64,000 bases of DNA from Pseudobdellovibrionaceae bacterium (GTDB lineage Bacteria; Bdellovibrionota; Bdellovibrionia; Bdellovibrionales; UBA1609). The notes under the pieces are model-generated. The model was not told where the DNA came from, did not search any database, and saw only the letters and a program-made list of their open reading frames with translations. Made by a program: the position numbers and the translations under genes. Each line of letters begins with the position of its first letter. Position 1 is the first letter of the stretch. The stretch spans positions 614 through 64,613 of the forward strand of contig JABJQG010000046.1 in NCBI GenBank assembly GCA_018663505.1, in the 5' to 3' direction. Of this stretch, positions 56,343 through 64,000 are shown in pieces.

Positions 56343-57911
56343 ATGGTTACTGAGGCTGGAAAACGACGAACATTTGCAATTATTTCCCATCCAGATGCGG
56401 GAAAAACAACAATCACCGAGAAGTTACTCTATCATGGTGGTGCTATTCGCGAAACAGGTGAAGTTAAAGGAAAGTCAGGCAAAAAAGCAGCCATGTCTGA
56501 TTGGATGACATTGGAAAAAGAAAGAGGAATCTCCATAACTTCTTCAGTGATGCAGTTTATGTACGGTGAGTTAAAAATCAACCTTTTGGATACACCAGGC
56601 CATAAGGATTTTGGTGAGGATACTTATAGGACCCTTATCGCCGCAGATTCTGCAGCAATGCTTATTGACGCAGCCAAAGGTGTAGAAAAACAAACACGTC
56701 AGCTTTTTGATGTGTGTCGTATGCGTAAAATACCAATTTTTACCTTTGCTAACAAAATGGATAGAGAGGGGATCGACTCCCTAGAGTTAATTGATGATGT
56801 GGAAAGCACTTTAGGCATTAAGTGCATACCAATGACATGGCCAATAGGAATGGGCGACCGATTTCGTGGTTTGTTTCATAGAATGCATAACAAATTATAC
56901 CTTTATGAAAAAGGCAAAGTAGAGCCAGAAGTAATAGCTGTGAGCTCCTGGGAGGACCCCATAATTAAAGAGTATGTCTCAGAAGAGCTTTACGAAAAGT
57001 TTTTAGAAGATATGGAACTGTTAGAAATAGCCTTGGGTCCCTTTGAAGTAGATGATTTTTTACGAGGTGATGTTTCTCCCATGTCTTTTGGATCAGCAAA
57101 AAATAATTGGGGTGTGGATTTGTTTTTAGAAATATTTGCTAAATATGCCCCAGCACCTCAACCCAGAGAATTTGATACGGGCTCTATCAGCCCAGATGAT
57201 AAAGAATTCTCTGGATTTATTTTTAAAATTCAGGCGAACATGGACAAGAAACATCGAGATCGCATTGCTTTTTTAAGAGTTTGTTCTGGTGAATTTGAAC
57301 GGGGCATGAAGGTAAAACATATGCGTTTAAACCGTGAGCTCAGGTTAGCCTATGCCAGTGAATTTATGGCCAAAGACCGTGGTACGGTGGATAATGCTTT
57401 TGCTGGAGATATTGTGGGCATTGTTGATACCGGTAATTTTCAAATTGGAGATAGTATTTCCAGTGGGAAAAAAATAAATTTCCCACCCTTTCCTAAGTTC
57501 TCTCCTGAAATGTTTGCGTCCCTATATATTAAGGACCCTTTAAAGAAAAAACGGTTACAAAAAGGGGTGAATCAGCTGGCCGAAGAAGGAGCAATTCAGG
57601 TATTTATTGATCCACTTATAGGAGAACAGGAGCCTCTAATAGGTGTTGTTGGGGAACTTCAGTTTGAAGTTTTACTTTATAGATTAAATGATGAGTATAA
57701 CTTAGATGTACGTTTGGACCGCCTACCATATAGTGTAGCTCGGTGGCCAAAAAACAAGCATGGAGAAGACGTTTCTGATGTTAAAGGAGCTGAACGTATG
57801 TTTCAGGACTCTGATGGAAACCCGGTAGTATTATTAGCCCAAGCCTGGGATATAGGTTGGTTAGAAAAAGAAAATCCTGATGTTGAGTTTATGGCTTCAC
57901 GCTGGAGGTAG
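56343..57911 (+). CDS. prfC: peptide chain release factor 3
   Basis: RRTFAIISHPDAGKTTITEKLL, DTPGHKDF and NKMDR GTPase motifs, with RF3-like length and C-terminus. Confidence 0.95.
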   Translation: MVTEAGKRRTFAIISHPDAGKTTITEKLLYHGGAIRETGEVKGKSGKKAAMSDWMTLEKERGISITSSVMQFMYGELKINLLDTPGHKDFGEDTYRTLIAADSAAMLIDAAKGVEKQTRQLFDVCRMRKIPIFTFANKMDREGIDSLELIDDVESTLGIKCIPMTWPIGMGDRFRGLFHRMHNKLYLYEKGKVEPEVIAVSSWEDPIIKEYVSEELYEKFLEDMELLEIALGPFEVDDFLRGDVSPMSFGSAKNNWGVDLFLEIFAKYAPAPQPREFDTGSISPDDKEFSGFIFKIQANMDKKHRDRIAFLRVCSGEFERGMKVKHMRLNRELRLAYASEFMAKDRGTVDNAFAGDIVGIVDTGNFQIGDSISSGKKINFPPFPKFSPEMFASLYIKDPLKKKRLQKGVNQLAEEGAIQVFIDPLIGEQEPLIGVVGELQFEVLLYRLNDEYNLDVRLDRLPYSVARWPKNKHGEDVSDVKGAERMFQDSDGNPVVLLAQAWDIGWLEKENPDVEFMASRWR

Positions 57912-58077
57912 TCTGAAGTTTATATTTAATCTTTAAGCTCTTTTTTGGCTTTTCTTAAGTATGGGCAAAAAACGAGTTCGGAGCGGAGCCGAAGGCGAGC
58001 ACCGCTTGTTTGAGTATTTTTGTGCATACTTAAGAAAAGCCAAAAAAGAGCTTAAAGATTAAATATAAACTTCAGAC
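57911..58077. repeat. palindromic element copy 2: 53-bp perfect arms around a 61-nt GC-rich core
   Basis: 57911-57963 is the exact reverse complement of 58025-58077. Core 57964-58024 aligns with the reverse complement of 29214-29280. Confidence 0.85.
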
Positions 58078-58156
58078 GGGCATTTGAAGATTAACCAAAT
58101 ACAAAGTATATTTACTGATTTGAATTGATTTTTCAGTGGAAATAGAGAGGCTATTT

Positions 58157-58984
58157 ATGTCAGATTTGAATAAAGAAATGTTCCCTTACCTGCATGGTTT
58201 TAGCGAAGACGAGCAGCTGCGATTAAGACGACAGGCTCGGTTTATGGAGCATATTATATATAAAGATATTGATTTTTCTCGATGTAAAAACGTCATAGAG
58301 GTAGGGTCCGGAGTTGGGGCCCAAACAGATATACTTTTAAGGCGATTTCCTGATTTAAAAGTTATTGGTATTGACCTTAATGATAAACAATTGGCTTCTG
58401 CTAGGAAATACTTTTCTACAAAAGAGGAACTTAGTTCTCGGTGTGAGTTTTTAGAAATGAACGCGGAATCTTTAAGCTTTGAGTCCAATAGCTTTGATGG
58501 AGGTTTTCTTTGTTGGGTGTTAGAGCATGTACCAAACCCCTCACATGTATTAAATGAAGTTCGCCGAGTGTTAAAACCTGGAGCTTCAGTTTATGTGAAT
58601 GAGGTGATGAATGCTACTTGGTTTTTAGACCCATATTCGCCAAACTTGTGGAAATACTGGATGGCTTTTAATGACTTCCAGTACGATCAGGCTGGTGACC
58701 CATTTGTAGGTGCAAAGCTGGGAAATTTACTATCTTCTTTAGGCTATAAGAATGTGCAGACCACACCAAAAACTTTGTTTTATGATAATCGTTCTACTGA
58801 GCAAAGAAAAGAAACTATCGACTATTGGATGGACTTGCTTTTAAGTGCCTCAGAGCAACTTGTGAAATCGAAATATGTAGATCAACAAACTGTGGATGAA
58901 GCTGTGAAAGAAGTAAATCGTGTGCAGAAGGACCCGAATGCTGTTTTTTATTATACATTTATGCAAGCCACAGCTATAAAATAG
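58157..58984 (+). CDS. class I SAM-dependent methyltransferase
   Basis: Motif I VIEVGSGVGAQTDIL, and post-I/II regions IGIDLN and FDGGFLCWVLEHV. ATG 58157 is preceded by AGAGAGG (the ORF is open from GTG 58136). Confidence 0.8.
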   Translation: MSDLNKEMFPYLHGFSEDEQLRLRRQARFMEHIIYKDIDFSRCKNVIEVGSGVGAQTDILLRRFPDLKVIGIDLNDKQLASARKYFSTKEELSSRCEFLEMNAESLSFESNSFDGGFLCWVLEHVPNPSHVLNEVRRVLKPGASVYVNEVMNATWFLDPYSPNLWKYWMAFNDFQYDQAGDPFVGAKLGNLLSSLGYKNVQTTPKTLFYDNRSTEQRKETIDYWMDLLLSASEQLVKSKYVDQQTVDEAVKEVNRVQKDPNAVFYYTFMQATAIK

Positions 58985-59061
58985 TGACTTTTTTCATTTA
59001 TTGCATTCCAATGGCTGTTATAAATTTAAAATGAAATTAATGCTCTTGTAAGGGGGAACCA

Positions 59062-59574
59062 ATGAAAACTAAATTACCATTTATACTTGTTGCCGCATCT
59101 ATGGTGCTTGGAGTTTTTATCTCCATACTTTTTGGAGCCAACGAAGCTTTGTTTAAAGATAAAATTGCCAATGATATCAAATCTAATGTTAAGATACAAA
59201 AAATTATGGATGTCGAAAAACGCCAAGCAAAAATTGAAAAAGAAAAATCAAAAAACTGGCGCTACTATCAACGTTTTCATTTTCATTCCACTGGCATTAG
59301 TGCCATGAGCTTAGGTGTACTTTTGTTATTGGCATTTTCTGCAGCCCCAAAAACACAAAAGTTAATTTGTTCGTATTTGGTCTCAGTGGGTGGTTTTTTA
59401 TACCCTTTTGTATGGTTATTTGCTGCCATATATGGGCCTATAATTGGACGACATGATGCTAAGGAGCGCTTTGCAATATTTGGTTATATGGGCGGTGTAT
59501 TTTTTCTTGGCTTAATATTTTTTCTATTTTTAATTTCTAAATACCCAATTAAATTCAATAATGAGCCTGCTTAA
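59062..59574 (+). CDS. hypothetical membrane protein (4 TM)
   Basis: 170 aa with four hydrophobic segments. GGGGGA RBS. Confidence 0.6.
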   Translation: MKTKLPFILVAASMVLGVFISILFGANEALFKDKIANDIKSNVKIQKIMDVEKRQAKIEKEKSKNWRYYQRFHFHSTGISAMSLGVLLLLAFSAAPKTQKLICSYLVSVGGFLYPFVWLFAAIYGPIIGRHDAKERFAIFGYMGGVFFLGLIFFLFLISKYPIKFNNEPA

Positions 59575-59641
59575 ATATTACACTTAGTCTTTTTACACAA
59601 ATATTTAACTGAGTAAATAGTATTAGGGAAGTCATTCTATT

Positions 59642-60169
59642 ATGGGAAAACTACAGGATTTTAAATTTAAGGAAGAAAAGCTGTGTATGTTTTATTTAGG
59701 TGGCCGTGTTCAAGGCTGTCATATTGAAGTTCATGATGTGATATTTTTAACAGGCAGGTCCTCGGAAGAGTTGAAGCCTAAAATCAAAAGGAAGTGGTTT
59801 GGCATTAGTAAAAGCCTACATGTGGACTCCTGGTGTGCAGTAGAGCATGTTATGGGGTTTGATGTATTGCTTACTAAAGAAATGCCAACCTCTGAGAATA
59901 AACTCTACTTTGTGAACTTAGGAGCCTATAAAGAAGGTGAGTTTGGGGAATTTCATTATATTAAGTTAATTGTTGCAAAAAGTGCAGTAGACGCCAAAAC
60001 CTTGGCAAAATCTCAATTAAGAGAAGGTCTTGTGGAGGTACATACAGATGACATTTTTGATATAGATGATTGTGAAGAAGTAAAAGTGGAATCTTTTAAC
60101 ATTGAATTATTACAAAATGATCTAGCTACTGCGCAGATGAAGCCTGTAAATGGATGGCTGAAACTCTAA
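59642..60169 (+). CDS. DUF1543-like protein
   Basis: FYLGGRVQGCHIEVHDVIFLTGRSSEELKPKIKRKWFG matches my memory of the DUF1543 signature, and a second degenerate unit follows. Confidence 0.55.
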   Translation: MGKLQDFKFKEEKLCMFYLGGRVQGCHIEVHDVIFLTGRSSEELKPKIKRKWFGISKSLHVDSWCAVEHVMGFDVLLTKEMPTSENKLYFVNLGAYKEGEFGEFHYIKLIVAKSAVDAKTLAKSQLREGLVEVHTDDIFDIDDCEEVKVESFNIELLQNDLATAQMKPVNGWLKL

Positions 60170-60306
60170 TATTTATCTATCTAATTATATTACAAAATTA
60201 TGCTTAAATTACTTTTCTCACAAATGAGACGATGTCCTTGTTTTTGGAATTCAGAAGTTATTTATTTTATGAGCTGCGCTTTATTTTGTTTTGTAGTCAA
60301 AAATGT

Positions 60307-60322
60307 TGGTTTCTAAATTGCA
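60307..60322 (+). promoter_or_regulatory. sigma-54-type -24/-12 box candidate
   Basis: TGGTTTCTAAATTGCA with GG-N10-GC spacing, about 33 nt upstream of ATG 60355. Confidence 0.4.
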
Positions 60323-60354
60323 ACCATCTAATTTCCAGGTAAGGAGCCTCAGCT

Positions 60355-61011
60355 ATGATTATAAAGTTATTTTTAATTTCAACCCTATGTATGTTTGTTA
60401 ACACCACTATGGCTAATTGCAGGTTACATACGCCTATCATTGCAGACTGTAAATTCTATACCCAATGTTTAGAGTCCAAATTTAGCTGTGGTAAAGAAGG
60501 TTACCCCTTGAGTTATGGAGGCAAATATTGCAAAAGATTTCAATCCTTAGATACGCCCAAGGCTCATAAAGGAATCCAATTGAGCAATCAGGGCATCGTT
60601 TGGCGCGACAGAACTTTAAGGTGCCTTCAGGATGATCTTATAATAGGCATGGAAGTAGCTAAGAGTTGTTCTGCCATTAATGAAATTGGTTTTAACTCTC
60701 ACTCCAGTTGTTATACACTCCCTGGCTCATCTATTTGTGATTTGAGTGCTGAGGATTTATTTTCCATAGCTAGAGTTGTTGATGGCATTGAGTATTTTAC
60801 CTATAATGCTTTAAAACAAATGACCGAAGTGGCTTCTACTTGCGCTCCAACCTGGTTAAAAGAAAAATTAGATGCTATGGCTCATTTAAAATCAACACAT
60901 ACGGGCTTTGTGCGTACGGGGATAAAAGTGAATATTTATGAAAAGAAAATTAAATCACTGGATAAGAAAATTAAATTAGTAGAAGAATTAAGAGGTTTTT
61001 ATGCGAACTAA
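60355..61011 (+). CDS. hypothetical secreted Cys-rich protein
   Basis: AAGGAG RBS, a signal peptide and about 12 Cys in 218 aa. Confidence 0.6.
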   Translation: MIIKLFLISTLCMFVNTTMANCRLHTPIIADCKFYTQCLESKFSCGKEGYPLSYGGKYCKRFQSLDTPKAHKGIQLSNQGIVWRDRTLRCLQDDLIIGMEVAKSCSAINEIGFNSHSSCYTLPGSSICDLSAEDLFSIARVVDGIEYFTYNALKQMTEVASTCAPTWLKEKLDAMAHLKSTHTGFVRTGIKVNIYEKKIKSLDKKIKLVEELRGFYAN

Positions 61012-61423
61012 AAAGAAACAGATTTTATATAATACTAGCGCAAGCCTTTTGGCTGTTTTCTTGTTTCACCTTATTTTGAGGTTTGTCTCGGCAAAGCCTT
61101 ACTTTGCACATGATGCAGGAATTACTATTGTTCCTTTATCTTTTATTACAGTGGCATTAATGAGTATGTTTATTTCTTTTTTAATTCCAAAGATGAAGTC
61201 ATATGTATTTGCCTTAGTTGTATTTATTGCTAGTGTTCCGCTCACCTTATTTGCAACATTTGTTATAATCTCTACAGGCGAGCTAGATATTCTTGGAGAT
61301 TTTCTGAGGTCACTTGCCATATCTATAGGTTTAATTCCTGTTTATTTTTTTCCAGGCCTTATACCTTTAGTTTTCTTGTCCATAGTTTTAGAATTGGCCA
61401 GTCGCAAAAATTGGCTGCAGTAA
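61001..61423 (+). CDS. hypothetical membrane protein (4 TM)
   Basis: Overlaps the upstream gene by 11 nt. Hydrophobic throughout. Confidence 0.55.
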   Translation: MRTKKKQILYNTSASLLAVFLFHLILRFVSAKPYFAHDAGITIVPLSFITVALMSMFISFLIPKMKSYVFALVVFIASVPLTLFATFVIISTGELDILGDFLRSLAISIGLIPVYFFPGLIPLVFLSIVLELASRKNWLQ

Positions 61424-61463
61424 GAATTTTAGTTAATAAGTAAGAGAGCCAAAGTAAACTTAC

Positions 61464-61679
61464 TCATGCAGATTTGACAGAAATACCCACTTTAATGATT
61501 AAAATGATCCATGGCACGGCATGCATAATAAAGTCAAAAATATCAATGGGCTTCACTAACTTTCCATTAAATAACATGACTAATTTTTCATAAATATGAG
61601 GGGGGGTAAATGGAGCTAATCCAAGGGTGGCACAAAGAATTATAACGTGAAACCATTCTAAATTTTTTATGAACTCCAT
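61464..61679 (-). CDS. small hypothetical membrane protein (2 TM)
   Basis: 71-aa ORF with two hydrophobic helices, and nothing competes for the interval. Confidence 0.45.
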   Translation of the reverse strand: MEFIKNLEWFHVIILCATLGLAPFTPPHIYEKLVMLFNGKLVKPIDIFDFIMHAVPWIILIIKVGISVKSA

Positions 61680-61827
61680 AAGATCCTCTACAGGCTGTGG
61701 TTTAAACTATTAACACTTATGATAAGTAGTAACTTTTTGCCGAGACTAATGTCAAAAAATGCTATTGATTTTGGTAAAAATTGCCCTAATTAAAACTGAG
61801 CTTCTTAGAATTGTTTATAATATTACA

Positions 61828-62895
61828 ATGAATAAGATTATTTTAGTGCTTCTAATAGGCACAAGCTTGGCTTGTAATAACTTTCAACCCAGTGACCAAT
61901 TTATATTGGGATCAGCTAATCAGGGGCTAAGTGCAGCACCTGATGAGCCTGGAAAGCTGCCAGGAGAAGATGTCGGTGTGGAGGATCCTCAGCTACCTGA
62001 TGATGAGGACGTGGGCGGAAAAGATCCTGATCAAAATAATCCTGCAGAACTAAAGGTGGCTTGCTATCTATACGCACAAGGCAGTGAGAGCTGTTTTGAC
62101 CTAGTAGATTATGAAGAAATAACAACTCTAGATGATTATGAGTACAAAGACCCCTATACAGACAGTAGCTTTCCAAATGGTTTTAATAAGGGACAGTATG
62201 TAAAACCATTAAAATTTATAGATATATCTAACTACGATGCCTTAATACAAGTAGCCGATAATTTTATTTTAGAGGAATTAATACCAATTCGACAGGGAGA
62301 TTATGGGGTATTTTCAAAATTAGCCTTAAGAAAAATACAAAATTTAAGAAATGAACTGGGAGGTGCTTTATTTATTCACAGTGCTTATAGAAGCCCAGCC
62401 TACAATAAAGGACTTTCTGGGGCGAAATGGTCTCGCCACAAATATGGTGATGCCATTGATTTCCATGCGGATATTGCCGATTTAGATAAGCTCAAAGAAC
62501 TTTGCATTTCTCAAGGTGTTAGTTTTTATCAAGTATACAAATCCCACATACATTGTGATTGGCGAGAGCTAACTTTAGACTCTGATTTTTATGGAGAGCA
62601 AGTACCTTTACCTTTACCTTTACCTATTGCCAGTGCGACTATTGATAAAATGCATAAAAGCTCATTTGTGAGCATTGTAGATAATGGTAAAGAATATGAA
62701 GTTAGTGTAAACACAGATTATATCGAAGATGACCCCAAAGACTTAGTTTACTCGTGGAATGTTCAGTTTGAAAATAAAAAAGCTAAGTCATACTCGAACT
62801 CTAAGATTTTTTTAAAGAAAAAATCAAAGCCCACTCAGATATATGTAAATATAGGTGGGTCTTTAGATTTATTTATGAATATTTCTAACAAATAA
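61828..62895 (+). CDS. lipoprotein with a peptidase M15 (YcbK/DUF882 or D-Ala-D-Ala carboxypeptidase-like) domain
   Basis: Lipobox LIGTSLAC from ATG 61828 and an acidic P/D/E-rich linker. Zn-site contexts HSAYRSPAYNKGLSGAKWSRHKYGDAIDF and HIHCDW. Confidence 0.75.
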   Translation: MNKIILVLLIGTSLACNNFQPSDQFILGSANQGLSAAPDEPGKLPGEDVGVEDPQLPDDEDVGGKDPDQNNPAELKVACYLYAQGSESCFDLVDYEEITTLDDYEYKDPYTDSSFPNGFNKGQYVKPLKFIDISNYDALIQVADNFILEELIPIRQGDYGVFSKLALRKIQNLRNELGGALFIHSAYRSPAYNKGLSGAKWSRHKYGDAIDFHADIADLDKLKELCISQGVSFYQVYKSHIHCDWRELTLDSDFYGEQVPLPLPLPIASATIDKMHKSSFVSIVDNGKEYEVSVNTDYIEDDPKDLVYSWNVQFENKKAKSYSNSKIFLKKKSKPTQIYVNIGGSLDLFMNISNK

Positions 62896-62903
62896 ATTAC
62901 AAA

Positions 62904-63839
62904 TTAATTTTGAGAAAACAGAGTCAGGCAACTACGTATAATTACTTTAGGGGAAGGGGCTCTGTCACTTGGGTTCATATTTTTTTCCAACGAATTAAAA
63001 AAAAGTGTAGTTTCCTTTTGGTAATTACGCATTTTTGGAATATTATTTGACATATTTTTTGGTATTCCCAAACCTTCTGCAAACATGTAGATAGTTCGTT
63101 CTTCAAAAGATAAGTCTTTAATGTTTAAGTGGTTTAATAATGTAGAAATATTAAACTTCATCCTCTGGCGAAAGCTAAAGTATTGTCTTTTTTGAAAGAG
63201 TAAGCTCATTTCATTAGGAGAAAAGTTTAAAAAAAATCTGTGTTCAAAAATATTTGATAGAGCTTTAGCAATTTTCCTATAATAAAATATATTTTTTTTT
63301 ATGTCCGTCTGCCACTCAGATTGGCCTAGATGGTGAAAGAGGCCTGCTTGAAATACTACAGATTTAAACACTTCGAATTTAACTAATGTATTGTGACCTT
63401 TGTAGCTTTCGGGGATATGAATGACTAACGTGGTGTCCTTGAGTGTGACAATACCCTCGGTAATATTCGCTTTGTACTTAACATTAGAACCCAAGTACAT
63501 GGCCATAAATTTTTCTCTATGTGCTGGTGGGTAATTATTAAGAAATTCATTAAAAATTATATCCAATGATTGTTCTAATGGAAAAGAAGGAGAGTGCTTT
63601 TTCCAAAAATTTTCTGGAAAATATGTCATCTGCACAAAACTAGCGAGGTCTACAGCTCCATCAAAAAAACTGATATACAACTCATACGCTTTTTTGTATG
63701 TGGGAGGTTGTTGTGGTAGCTCAGTATATTCAGGGAAAACAAAGCCACCGTTAAAACGTGTAACATTGCTGTCATCAGCAGCAAAAAGTGAAGTGCTTGT
63801 CATGAAGACTAACAGTAGCGGTAGGAGCTTTCGAGTCAT
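62904..63839 (-). CDS. hypothetical secreted protein
   Basis: 311 aa with signal peptide MTRKLLPLLLVFMTSTSLFA. Confidence 0.65.
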   Translation of the reverse strand: MTRKLLPLLLVFMTSTSLFAADDSNVTRFNGGFVFPEYTELPQQPPTYKKAYELYISFFDGAVDLASFVQMTYFPENFWKKHSPSFPLEQSLDIIFNEFLNNYPPAHREKFMAMYLGSNVKYKANITEGIVTLKDTTLVIHIPESYKGHNTLVKFEVFKSVVFQAGLFHHLGQSEWQTDIKKNIFYYRKIAKALSNIFEHRFFLNFSPNEMSLLFQKRQYFSFRQRMKFNISTLLNHLNIKDLSFEERTIYMFAEGLGIPKNMSNNIPKMRNYQKETTLFFNSLEKNMNPSDRAPSPKVIIRSCLTLFSQN

Positions 63840-64000
63840 ATTATTATTATATAATGTATCGAGGAAAAATAATAATTACTTTAGTGAGTTTAACATTATT
63901 ACATGTCAGTAACTAAACTGATCAAAAGTTGGACGATGAATGGTTTCTATTTCATTTTAGTTTCATCTCAAAGCTACAGCATATATGGATCTGTGATGTA

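Noticed and set aside
57961-58062. 33-codon ORF (MGKKRVRSGAEGEHRLFEYFCAYLRKAKKELKD) running through the core of palindromic element copy 2
   Set aside because: The alignment with the copy-1 core needs several 1-nt indels that break the frame. The copy-1 equivalent has no corresponding start, and half of the ORF lies in the locus-specific arm. The conservation is therefore at the nucleotide or structure level.

Overview
AT-rich bacterial chromosomal segment that is densely coding on both strands. It carries no rRNA, CRISPR array, transposase, integrase or recognisable phage genes. Housekeeping genes I recognise with confidence are mltA, a PEP-utilising (PpsA/rifampin-phosphotransferase-like) enzyme, a MotA/MotB-like pair, an alanine/cation symporter, a CBS-protein/hpf/Crp-Fnr cluster, an APC permease fused to Usp domains, msrA-msrB, a V8-like serine protease, tRNA-Gly(GCC), pgsA, glpX, a ferredoxin, prfC, a SAM methyltransferase and an M15 peptidase. 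Between them lie many orphan genes for signal-peptide or lipoprotein products, several above 600 aa. This gene content suggests a predatory Bdellovibrio-like or Oligoflexia-type organism, but that is only a guess. The most unusual observations are as follows. (1) A two-copy intergenic element has a conserved GC-rich core of about 60 nt closed by long, perfectly complementary arms (38 and 53 bp) whose sequences differ between the copies. (2) A secreted, extremely basic protein is built on 42-bp tandem repeats whose units differ only synonymously. (3) A five-gene operon (FG-GAP, LamG/DUF1588-like CxxCH, lipoprotein, Tat-signal DUF1552/1501-like, double PSCyt-like cytochrome-c-motif protein) sits behind a 500-nt leader with MRQ mini-ORFs. 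(4) GG-N10-GC (sigma-54-type) boxes recur upstream of secreted-protein genes. (5) A MotB-like protein has its peptidoglycan-binding domain replaced by a coiled coil plus a DUF2135-like domain. (6) An HTH/nucleotidyltransferase pair is interrupted by an in-frame TAA. All family assignments come from motif recognition by eye, and no searches were run.
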